Part shown: positions 38,451-46,882 of the stretch, piece after piece | Numbering within the stretch: position 1 is the stretch's first letter | How the letters are laid out: every line of letters begins with the position of its first letter | Source of the DNA: an uncultured Bacilli bacterium | Lineage (GTDB): Bacteria > Bacillota_I > Bacilli_A > RF39 > UBA660 | Assembly (NCBI GenBank): GCA_944371525.1 | Contig: CALVXP010000002.1 | Location: 1,042-65,041, forward strand | Direction: 5' to 3' | DNA length: 64,000 nt | Notes under the pieces: generated by a model | Databases searched by the model: none | Seen by the model: the letters and a program-made list of their open reading frames with translations, nothing else | Told to the model about the DNA's origin: nothing | Program-made: the position numbers and the translations under genes

Positions 38451-40775
38451 ATGACTATTTTAAATAATATAAGTAAGAAAAATATGATATTGATATCTTT
38501 ATTTGTAATATCTTTAATAACAGTAAGTTTATATCAGACTTTAGCAACAGATATAACAATGAATAAAACAAATGTAGCAAGTGTAGATTTATCTTATACT
38601 TTTGATATAACAGATCAAACAGGAAGAGTAGTAAAAGTTAAAGCGGGTCAGACAAAAGTATTAGATATATTTGTAACAAATACAAATAATGGGACAATAA
38701 AATATGGAATAGCATATACACCATCTTCTGTAAAAACAAATGATGTAACAATAGCAGAGTTATCAACATCAAAAGATAGTGTAAGTGGCTTAATAAATAA
38801 AAATGAAAAGAAACAAATAACTATCATAATAATAAATAATAAAACTAGTGATATATCTTTAACATTAGTTCCTGTAACAGGATATGAACATGGAGGTAAT
38901 TTAATAGTACCTTCAAATCATACACTTATAACAGAAGAATATGAGTTGTTTGATCCTGTTAATGCAGTTGAATATGTTGAATCATTATTACCTAGTAATC
39001 CTGAAACAATGAATAATGACGATCCAGATGGCAATGTAAGATATATGGGAGCAGATCCTAATAATTATGTATCATTCAATGATGAATTATGGAGAATAAT
39101 TGGAGTCTTTGATGTAGCATCAACAAATGGAGGAACAACAGAGAAAAGACTAAAAATAATAAGAGATGAGTCAATAGGAAGTTATTCGTGGGATAATAAA
39201 CCATCAGGAACAGGATCTTCTACATCAAATTATGGAAGTAATGATTGGACTGATAGTACCTTAATGGAAGTGTTAAATAATGGTGCTTATTGGAATAGAA
39301 CAAGCGGTACTTGTCCGAGTGGTAGCAATGGGGCCACAACAAGTTGTAATTTTAGTTCTACTGGTCTTACCGAAGAAGCAAAAAATTTAATTGGTGATGC
39401 TGTATGGAATCTCGGTGGAACTGCTTCATATACAAGTGCATCAACTGGACTTGCTAGTCACTTCTATGGCTATGAAAGAGGAACAACTGTATATAGTGGA
39501 AGACCAACATATTGGATAGGTAAAATAGGACTAATGTATCCATCAGACTATGGATATGCCACAAGTGGAGGAACAACTACAAATAGAGCATCATGTTTAG
39601 CAAAAGAAATGTATAATTGGGTTAGTTCAAGTTATAGTGATTGTAAAAATAATGATTATTTATATAATTCTAGCTCGACCCAATGGACAATGACACCGCG
39701 TTCATCCAGTTCGAACTATGTGTTTTATGTGAACAACAACGCTCGTTTGAATTACAACATTGCCTACTTTGGCTATGCCGTGCTCCCAACAGCGTATCTA
39801 AAATCTTCCGTCTTGATAACAGGGGGAGATGGAACTTCTGAGAATCCATATAAATTGCAAGGACCACCAACCGGTGCAGAATATATAGAATCATTATTAA
39901 CAAGTAATTCAGAAACAATGAATAATGATGATCCAGATGGTAATGTAAGATATATGGGAGCAGCTCCTAATAATTATGTATCATTCAATGATGAATTATG
40001 GAGAATTATAGGAGTGTTTGATGTAGCATCAACAAATGGAGGACCAACAGAGAAAAGACTAAAAATAATAAGAGATGAGTCAATAGGAAGTTATGCATGG
40101 GACAATAAACCGTCAGGAACTGGTTCTTCAAATTCAATCTATGGAGGTAATGATTGGACTGATAGTGTTTTAATGGAAGTGTTAAATAATGGTGCTTATT
40201 GGAATAGAACAAGCGGTACTTGTCCGAGTGGTAGCAATGGGGCCACAACAAGTTGTAATTTTAGTTCTACTGGTCTTACCGAAGAAGCAAAAAATTTAAT
40301 TGGTGATGCTGTATGGAATCTCGGTGGAACTGCTTCATATACAAGTGCATCAACTGGACTTGCTAGTCACTTCTATGGCTATGAAAGAGGAACAACTGTA
40401 TATAGTGGAAGACCAACATATTGGATAGGTAAAATAGGACTAATGTATCCATCAGACTATGGATATGCCACAAGTGGAGGAACAACTACAAATAGAGCAT
40501 CATGTTTGGCAAAAGAAATGTCTAATTGGCATAATTCAAGTTATAGTGATTGTAAAAGTAATGATTATTTATATAATTCTAGCTCGACTCAATGGACAAT
40601 GACACCGAGTTCATCCAATTCGAGCGGTGTGATTTATGTGAGCAGCAGCGCTTATTTGTACCGCGGCAATGCCTACATTGTCTATGCCGTGCTTCCAACA
40701 GCGTATCTAAAATCTTCCGTCTCAATAACTTCTGGTGACGGTAGTCAAGATAATCCTTATGTTTTGAGTACTTAG
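38451..40775 (+). CDS. Secreted or anchored protein: N-terminal beta-sandwich-like region plus two tandem ~303-aa domains, each ending in a hypervariable block
   Basis: ATG 38451 (MTILNNISKKNMILISLFVISLITVSLYQTLA signal/anchor) is preferred over the track start at 38394. Two domain copies begin at ...EYVESLLPSNPETMNNDDPDGNVRYMG and ...EYIESLLTSNSETMNNDDPDGNVRYMG. I recognise no family with confidence. Confidence 0.8.
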   Translation: MTILNNISKKNMILISLFVISLITVSLYQTLATDITMNKTNVASVDLSYTFDITDQTGRVVKVKAGQTKVLDIFVTNTNNGTIKYGIAYTPSSVKTNDVTIAELSTSKDSVSGLINKNEKKQITIIIINNKTSDISLTLVPVTGYEHGGNLIVPSNHTLITEEYELFDPVNAVEYVESLLPSNPETMNNDDPDGNVRYMGADPNNYVSFNDELWRIIGVFDVASTNGGTTEKRLKIIRDESIGSYSWDNKPSGTGSSTSNYGSNDWTDSTLMEVLNNGAYWNRTSGTCPSGSNGATTSCNFSSTGLTEEAKNLIGDAVWNLGGTASYTSASTGLASHFYGYERGTTVYSGRPTYWIGKIGLMYPSDYGYATSGGTTTNRASCLAKEMYNWVSSSYSDCKNNDYLYNSSSTQWTMTPRSSSSNYVFYVNNNARLNYNIAYFGYAVLPTAYLKSSVLITGGDGTSENPYKLQGPPTGAEYIESLLTSNSETMNNDDPDGNVRYMGAAPNNYVSFNDELWRIIGVFDVASTNGGPTEKRLKIIRDESIGSYAWDNKPSGTGSSNSIYGGNDWTDSVLMEVLNNGAYWNRTSGTCPSGSNGATTSCNFSSTGLTEEAKNLIGDAVWNLGGTASYTSASTGLASHFYGYERGTTVYSGRPTYWIGKIGLMYPSDYGYATSGGTTTNRASCLAKEMSNWHNSSYSDCKSNDYLYNSSSTQWTMTPSSSNSSGVIYVSSSAYLYRGNAYIVYAVLPTAYLKSSVSITSGDGSQDNPYVLST
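38961..40772 (+). repeat. In-frame tandem duplication, 2 x 909 bp
   Basis: Constant offset of 909 nt, for example GAATAT at 38970 versus 39879. 39261-39598 is identical to 40170-40507 by direct comparison. Confidence 0.95.
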
Positions 40776-40777
40776 AA

Positions 40778-40811
40778 GCCGAGGTGGCGTTGTCCACCCG
40801 GCGTATTTTTT
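40778..40811 (+). terminator. GC-rich intrinsic terminator immediately after the repeat-protein stop
   Basis: GCCG(A)GGTGG-cgttgt-CCACCCGGC followed by gTATTTTTT. Confidence 0.8.
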
Positions 40812-40855
40812 GTAGTATATTTGGTGTAGAGATAATATAAGTGTAAATAGAATGT

Positions 40856-40884
40856 AGAACATATTTAAAATATATGTTCTTTTT
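40856..40884 (+). terminator. Second intrinsic terminator
   Basis: AGAACATAT-ttaaaat-ATATGTTCT followed by TTTT. Confidence 0.65.
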
Positions 40885-40912
40885 GATATAATTAAGACAA
40901 GTAGGTGTATTT

Positions 40913-41932
40913 ATGAGAAATATATATGATTTAACATTAAAAGAATTAGAAGATTATTTTATTAGTATTGGCGATAAAAAATTTAGAGCAGTACAAGTAT
41001 ATGATTTTCTATATAAAAAAAGAGTTAAAAGCATTGATGAAATGACTAATATTGGAAATAATATAAAAGAAAGATTAAAAAATGATTTTGATATGTTTAA
41101 AATTAAACTTGTATTAAAACAAAGTGATAAAGATGTGTCTAAATACTTATTTGAATTATCTGATGGGGGAAGAATAGAATCAGTACTAATGTATCATGAT
41201 TATGGTATTAGTATTTGTGTATCTTCTCAAATTGGATGTAATATGGGCTGTGCTTTCTGCGAAAGTGGAAGGCTTAAAAAAGTAAGAAATTTAGAAGCTT
41301 ATGAGATAGTAGAACAAATACTTTTAATTGAAGAAGATATAGGTAAGAGAATATCACATGTAGTAATAATGGGAATTGGAGAACCTTTTGATAATTATAA
41401 TAATGTTATGAAGTTTATTAAAATAATTAATGAAGGTAAAGGAATAGATATTGGTTCAAGACATATAACAGTGTCTACTTGTGGATTAATTCCTGGAATA
41501 AAGAAATTTATGAATGAAGAAGGTCAAGTTAATCTTGCTATTAGTTTACACGCTCCCAATAATGAAATAAGAGATAAAATAATGAAAGTAAACAGAATAT
41601 ATAAAATAGAAGAATTGATAGAAGTTATCAAAGAATATATTAAAAAGACAAATAGAAGAGTAACTTTTGAATATATTTTATTAGAAAATGTAAATGATAG
41701 TAATGAGTGTGCTTATGAACTTTCTAGATTACTCAAGGGAATAAATTGTTATGTTAATTTGATACCTTACAATGAAACTGAAAATATTGGCTTTAAAAGA
41801 ACAAAAAATGCACAAATTATGAAATTTTATGATATACTTAAGAAAAGTAGTATTAATGTAACTGTAAGAAGAGAATTCGGAAGTAAAGTAGATGCTGCTT
41901 GTGGACAACTAAGAGCAAACAATATGAATTAA
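40913..41932 (+). CDS. rlmN: 23S rRNA/tRNA (adenine-C2)-methyltransferase RlmN (radical SAM)
   Basis: FRAVQVYDFLYKK, radical-SAM cluster CNMGCAFCESG, GIGEP, and C-terminal CGQLR. Confidence 0.95.
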   Translation: MRNIYDLTLKELEDYFISIGDKKFRAVQVYDFLYKKRVKSIDEMTNIGNNIKERLKNDFDMFKIKLVLKQSDKDVSKYLFELSDGGRIESVLMYHDYGISICVSSQIGCNMGCAFCESGRLKKVRNLEAYEIVEQILLIEEDIGKRISHVVIMGIGEPFDNYNNVMKFIKIINEGKGIDIGSRHITVSTCGLIPGIKKFMNEEGQVNLAISLHAPNNEIRDKIMKVNRIYKIEELIEVIKEYIKKTNRRVTFEYILLENVNDSNECAYELSRLLKGINCYVNLIPYNETENIGFKRTKNAQIMKFYDILKKSSINVTVRREFGSKVDAACGQLRANNMN

Positions 41933-41948
41933 TAAAGGTGGAGTAGAT

Positions 41949-42689
41949 ATGCAAACATTTTATTTAACTGATCCTGGTAAAGTAAGGACACACAATGAAG
42001 ATAATGTAATAATATTAAATAATAATAACAATGAATTTTTATTAGCAGTAGCAGATGGTATGGGAGGGCATAAAGCTGGTGAAGTAGCATCCGCAATTGC
42101 AATAGATCATTTACATGATGAATTTGATAAATTAGAAACATTTGGTAGCAAAGAGAATGCTATTGATTGGCTTAGAAATATAGTAGTAGAAATTAATTCC
42201 ATGATATTTGATTATACAAGTAAGAATCCTGATAGTAAGGGTATGGGTACTACTTTAGTAGTAGCTATTAAGACTAATGACTATATATTATATGGAAATA
42301 TTGGAGATAGCTCAGGATATGTAATAAAAAATGAAAAATTACATAAAGTAACTAAAGATCATACATTAGTAAATCTTTTAGTATCTACTGGAGAGTTAAC
42401 CGAAGAAGAAGCTAAGTATCATCCTAGAAAAAATGTACTTATGAGAGCACTTGGAGCCAATGATCCAATAGAAATAGACATATTTGATGTAGATACTAGT
42501 GTTAAAGGTTTATTCTTATGTAGTGATGGTTTAACAAATATGTTAACTGATGAACAAATAGAAAAAATATTAAATAGTAATTTATCAATAGAAGAAGCTG
42601 TAGTAAAGTTAATTAGAAAAAGTAATTCAAGAGGGGGAACAGATAATATTTCAATTGCTTATTTAAAAAAAGAAAGTGGTGATTTATAA
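41949..42689 (+). CDS. prpC: PP2C-family Ser/Thr phosphatase (PrpC/Stp)
   Basis: TDPGKVRTHNED, VADGMGGHKAGEVAS, CSDGLTN, GGTDNIS. Confidence 0.95.
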   Translation: MQTFYLTDPGKVRTHNEDNVIILNNNNNEFLLAVADGMGGHKAGEVASAIAIDHLHDEFDKLETFGSKENAIDWLRNIVVEINSMIFDYTSKNPDSKGMGTTLVVAIKTNDYILYGNIGDSSGYVIKNEKLHKVTKDHTLVNLLVSTGELTEEEAKYHPRKNVLMRALGANDPIEIDIFDVDTSVKGLFLCSDGLTNMLTDEQIEKILNSNLSIEEAVVKLIRKSNSRGGTDNISIAYLKKESGDL

Positions 42690-44452
42690 TGTTATCAAAG
42701 GGGCAAAAGATTAATGACAGGTATGAGATTATTAAATCAATTGGCGAAGGTGGAATGGCTAATGTATATTTAGCTAAAGATACAATATTAGATAGAGAAG
42801 TAGCTGTTAAGGTATTGAGAGGAGATCTTTCTACTGATGAAAAATTTATAAGAAGATTTCAAAGAGAAGCTTTATCTGTGTCTAATTTATCACATCCTAA
42901 TATTGTTGAAGTATATGATGTTGGAGAAGAAGATGGACAATATTATATAGTAATGGAATACATTGAAGGTAAAACATTAAAGCAATTATTATATAAAAGG
43001 GGAGCCTTAACACTTCCCGAAGTACTAGATATAATGACACAACTTACAGATGGTCTTTCTCATGCTCATGAAGCATATATTATTCATAGGGATATAAAAC
43101 CACAAAATATTATGATTGAGGATAACGGAACTGTTAAAATAACTGATTTTGGTATTGCTATGGCAGTTAATGCAACTCAATTTACACAAACAAATTCAGT
43201 AATGGGTACTGTTCATTATTTACCACCAGAACAAGCAAATGGTAAAGGGGCAACTGTTAAAAGTGATATATATTCATTAGGTATTTTAATGTATGAACTA
43301 CTTACTGGTTCAGTACCTTTTAAGGGTGATAATGCCGTAGAAATTGCATTAAAACATATGAAAGAGAAATTACCTAGTATTAGAAAACAAAATCCATTAA
43401 TACCTCAAAGTGTTGAAAATATAGTTATTAAAGCTTGTGCTAAAAACCCAAGGAATAGATATGATACAGTTAAAGAGATGCACGAAGATTTAGTAACAGC
43501 AATGGAAAGAGAAAATGAAAAGAAGATAGTCTTTGAGTATCCTGAAAATGATTTAGATGAACCTAAAGTAACTACTATAAGTAAACCTAAAAAAACGGTA
43601 GAAAAGCCGACAGAGGAAGAAGAAAAATTATTAGATAAAGAACCAATTGTAGTAGAATCAAAAGGTAAAAATAAAATAATTATTGGGTTATCAGTAGTAT
43701 TGGTTTTATTTATAATTATAGCAATTGTCTTTGCTTTTGTGGTTATGGGTAAAAAGGTAAAAGATGTAAAAGTTCCCGATGTTACTAATATGACAGTAGA
43801 AGAAGCAATAGCAGAATTAGAAAAATATGGATTTGAATATACCACTAAAGAAGAAAATAGTAGTGAAGTAGAAGAAGGATATGTAATTAGTACTAGTCCG
43901 AAAGCAGGTTCTACTAGAAAAGAAGGAACTGTTGTAACTATTATTGAATCTATTGGAGGAGAATATTATACAGTTGAAGATTTAACAGGTCAAAATTATG
44001 TAGAAATAAAGGCAAAATTAGAACTTATGGGAATAAAAGTAACAGTAGAGAAAAAAGATGTTGATAATCCTGACGATTATAAGGGAAAAGAAAATCAAAT
44101 AATAGATCAATATCCAAAATATAATAAAGATGAAGAATTAAAACTTGAAGAAGGAGATTCTATTACATTATATATACCTAATATAGTAGATGTTTATCCT
44201 GATATGGTTGCAGAAAAATGGAGTTTAGAAGATGCCCAAGCATTTGCAGATGAATATGGAATTACACTAGATATTACAGAAGAAGAAAGTGAAGAAGAAC
44301 CAGGAACAATAATAGCTCAAGGAAGACCAGCAGGTGACACTATTATAAAAGGAATTACACTTAAAGTTACAGTAGCAGTTTCTCCAAGTGAAGATAGTCC
44401 ATTAGGAGATTTAGTTCCAGGTACTGATGATGATAAGAAGGATAATAATTAA
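42689..44452 (+). CDS. prkC: PASTA-domain Ser/Thr protein kinase PrkC
   Basis: Hanks kinase motifs GEGGMANVY, VAVK, HRDIKPQN, DFG and the PPE region. A TM helix follows, then three PASTA-like repeats. Confidence 0.95.
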   Translation: MLSKGQKINDRYEIIKSIGEGGMANVYLAKDTILDREVAVKVLRGDLSTDEKFIRRFQREALSVSNLSHPNIVEVYDVGEEDGQYYIVMEYIEGKTLKQLLYKRGALTLPEVLDIMTQLTDGLSHAHEAYIIHRDIKPQNIMIEDNGTVKITDFGIAMAVNATQFTQTNSVMGTVHYLPPEQANGKGATVKSDIYSLGILMYELLTGSVPFKGDNAVEIALKHMKEKLPSIRKQNPLIPQSVENIVIKACAKNPRNRYDTVKEMHEDLVTAMERENEKKIVFEYPENDLDEPKVTTISKPKKTVEKPTEEEEKLLDKEPIVVESKGKNKIIIGLSVVLVLFIIIAIVFAFVVMGKKVKDVKVPDVTNMTVEEAIAELEKYGFEYTTKEENSSEVEEGYVISTSPKAGSTRKEGTVVTIIESIGGEYYTVEDLTGQNYVEIKAKLELMGIKVTVEKKDVDNPDDYKGKENQIIDQYPKYNKDEELKLEEGDSITLYIPNIVDVYPDMVAEKWSLEDAQAFADEYGITLDITEEESEEEPGTIIAQGRPAGDTIIKGITLKVTVAVSPSEDSPLGDLVPGTDDDKKDNN

Positions 44453-44453
44453 A

Positions 44454-44477
44454 GGAGAATGTAATAATTCTCTTTTT
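44454..44477 (+). terminator. Intrinsic terminator after prkC
   Basis: GAGAAT-gtaata-ATTCTC followed by TTTTT. Confidence 0.6.
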
Positions 44478-44534
44478 GTTGTAATTGCATCAAATAAAAT
44501 CAAATGTTATAATATTTATAGTGATGGTGATTAA

Positions 44535-45368
44535 ATGGAAGGAATAATTATTAAAAATATAAGCAATGATTATGTAGTATTATGTAAAAACGGAGAATAT
44601 ACATGCAAACCTAGGGGAAAATTTCGTAACGATAAAATAATTCCTTTAGTAGGGGATATCGTAGTAATAGATCCTGATAATAAATATATATTAGATATAA
44701 AACCAAGAAAGAATAAGTTAATTAGACCTAGTGTTGCTAATATTGATCAAGCATTAATAGTAACTAGTGTTAAAGAACCTGATTTTAGTACAAACTTATT
44801 AGATAAATTACTAGTAGTTATAACTTATAATAATATAGAACCAGTTATATGTTTAACTAAGTTAGATTTATTAAATGATAGTGAACTAATAGAAATAAAA
44901 AAATATATAAAATATTATGAAAGTATTGGATATAAAGTTATTTTAAATACTGATAAAAAAGAATTAAAAGAAATATTAAAAGATAAGCTTACAGTAATAA
45001 CTGGTCAATCGGGTGCAGGTAAATCTACTTTACTAAATACATTAGATAAGAACTTAGAATTAAAAACAAATGAGATATCTAAAGCATTAGGAAGAGGAAA
45101 ACATACAACAAGACATGTAGAACTATATCATATATATGATGGTTTAGTCGTGGATACTCCAGGATTTTCGGCAATTGATTTATCTGATATTCCTAATATT
45201 GGTATTAGAGATAATATGAAAGAAATGTATGATAATTTAGACGATTGTAAATATCGAGATTGTATGCATATCAAGGAAGATGGCTGTGCTGTAAAAAAGA
45301 AAGTAGAAACGGGAGAAATATTACAAAGTAGATATAATAATTATAAAAGTTTTATAGAAAGAAAGTGA
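44535..45368 (+). CDS. rsgA: Ribosome small-subunit-dependent GTPase A (RsgA/CpgA)
   Basis: Circularly permuted GTPase with LTKLDL, GQSGAGKSTLLN and DTPGF. The C-terminal zinc motif is CKYRDCMHIKEDGC. Confidence 0.95.
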   Translation: MEGIIIKNISNDYVVLCKNGEYTCKPRGKFRNDKIIPLVGDIVVIDPDNKYILDIKPRKNKLIRPSVANIDQALIVTSVKEPDFSTNLLDKLLVVITYNNIEPVICLTKLDLLNDSELIEIKKYIKYYESIGYKVILNTDKKELKEILKDKLTVITGQSGAGKSTLLNTLDKNLELKTNEISKALGRGKHTTRHVELYHIYDGLVVDTPGFSAIDLSDIPNIGIRDNMKEMYDNLDDCKYRDCMHIKEDGCAVKKKVETGEILQSRYNNYKSFIERK

Positions 45369-45372
45369 TACT

Positions 45373-46002
45373 ATGGAAATATCTTTATCAATATTATCAT
45401 GTAATGATATTGAAGAAGCAATTAATAAAGTAAATAATACAAATACTGATTATTTACATTTAGATGTTATGGATGGAATGTTTGTACCCAATACTTCTTA
45501 TAATATAGAAGAAATTAAATATATAATAAATAATTCTAATAAAAAAATAGATGCCCATTTTATGGTGAAGGATCCAATTAAATATCTAAATGTATTAAAA
45601 GAATATAATTTAGAATATTTTACTTTTCATGTTGAATTAGATAATGTTAAATATTTAATAAATAAAGTTAAAGAAAATAATTATAAAGTAGGATTAGCTA
45701 TTAAACCTAATACTGATATTAATGTATTGAAAGAATATTTAGATGATATTGATTTAATATTAGTTATGAGTGTTGAACCAGGTATGGGAGGACAAACATT
45801 TATAAGTAGTACTGTTAATAGAATAAGTGAAATAAAGAATATTATAGGTAATAGAAATATAAAAATAGCAGTAGATGGTGGAATAAATCATGATACTATA
45901 AAACTTATAAATAATGCTGATATTGCAGTTGTGGGTTCTTATATTACAAGTAGTACTAATTATCAAGAAAAAATAGATATATTAAGAAGTAATAATGAAT
46001 AA
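45373..46002 (+). CDS. rpe: Ribulose-phosphate 3-epimerase
   Basis: HLDVMDGMFVPN, MSVEPGMGGQTF, VDGGIN. Confidence 0.9.
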   Translation: MEISLSILSCNDIEEAINKVNNTNTDYLHLDVMDGMFVPNTSYNIEEIKYIINNSNKKIDAHFMVKDPIKYLNVLKEYNLEYFTFHVELDNVKYLINKVKENNYKVGLAIKPNTDINVLKEYLDDIDLILVMSVEPGMGGQTFISSTVNRISEIKNIIGNRNIKIAVDGGINHDTIKLINNADIAVVGSYITSSTNYQEKIDILRSNNE

Positions 46003-46624
46003 AATAATTAAACCTAAAATAAATAATTTAATTGATAGTACTTTTGAAGAATATATTAAAAGTGAAGATTTATGTGGTGTTTGTATTAAAGATAATAGTA
46101 CTAGTAATATAAGTTTTAATAATATAACTATTGATAGTTGTAAATTTATTAATATTGATTTTAATAATATAGAGTTATCTAATGTAAGTTTAGTTGATGT
46201 AATATTTGAACATTGTAATTTATCTAATAAAGTATTTAATAAATGTGGTATTCATCGTGTAATATTTAAAGATTGTAAATTAACTGGATGTGATTTTTCA
46301 TTTTCATCATTAAATAATATAGAATTTATTGATACTACTTTTAGATATGGTAATTTATCTTATGCTAAATTAAAAAATATAAGTTTTATAAACTGTGATT
46401 TAACAGAACTAAGTTTAATAGAAACAAAAATAGAAAATCTAAATTTTGATAATTGTAATTTAACAAGAGCAGATATTTATAATACTTGTATGAATAAAGT
46501 AGACTTATCTACTTCTAATATTGATAATATAAAAGTAGATATAAATAGTATTAAAGGTGTAATTGTAAATAGTTACCAAGCTTTAGCGATAGTTAATTTA
46601 CTTGGAATAGAAGTAAAAGATTAG
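45995..46624 (+). CDS. Pentapeptide-repeat protein
   Basis: Long run of A(D/N)LXX-type pentapeptides (CNLSNKVFNKCGIHRVIFKDCKLTGCDFSFSSLNNIEFIDTTFRYGNLSYAKLKNISFINCDLT...). Confidence 0.85.
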   Translation: MNKIIKPKINNLIDSTFEEYIKSEDLCGVCIKDNSTSNISFNNITIDSCKFINIDFNNIELSNVSLVDVIFEHCNLSNKVFNKCGIHRVIFKDCKLTGCDFSFSSLNNIEFIDTTFRYGNLSYAKLKNISFINCDLTELSLIETKIENLNFDNCNLTRADIYNTCMNKVDLSTSNIDNIKVDINSIKGVIVNSYQALAIVNLLGIEVKD

Positions 46625-46790
46625 TATAATCTCATATATATTGTAAATAATATATATGAGGTGATTACTATTAATAATGATGAAATAAAAGCCTTAGAGC
46701 AAAAAGTAATTAATGATAATATTAAAAATCAAGTAAAACGAAGTTATGAAAAAGGAATTAATTACTATAATGAAGTAGAAGAGAACAAAG

Positions 46791-46825
46791 AGAAGACTAA
46801 TAACTAAAAAAGTCTTCTTTTTTTG
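46791..46825 (+). terminator. Intrinsic terminator
   Basis: AGAAGACT-(12 nt)-AGTCTTCT followed by TTTTTTT. Confidence 0.7.
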
Positions 46826-46882
46826 TGATAATATACAAAAAAATGTTATAATAGTTATAGAAAATAAAAACAGGTGATGTAA

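Noticed and set aside
39670-40797. Minus-strand ORFs 39670-39918, 40006-40251 and 40579-40797 inside the repeat-protein gene
   Set aside because: They lie antisense to a clearly coding, duplicated plus-strand frame. They exist only because the locally G/C-richer sequence lacks stop codons, their products are low-complexity (R/S/H/C-rich), and they have no SD. I treat them as a side effect of the compositional anomaly.
46625-46807. Possible ~45-aa ORF (..ITINNDEIKALEQKVINDNIKNQVKRSYEKGINYYNEVEENKEKTNN) ending just before the terminator at 46791-46825
   Set aside because: The frame is open and a GAGGTG lies at 46658-46663. However, the only in-frame starts are a GTG that is part of that SD, or a rare ATT at 46670, and there is no ATG. 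It cannot be supported as a CDS from sequence alone. It may be a remnant or a non-canonical-start sORF.
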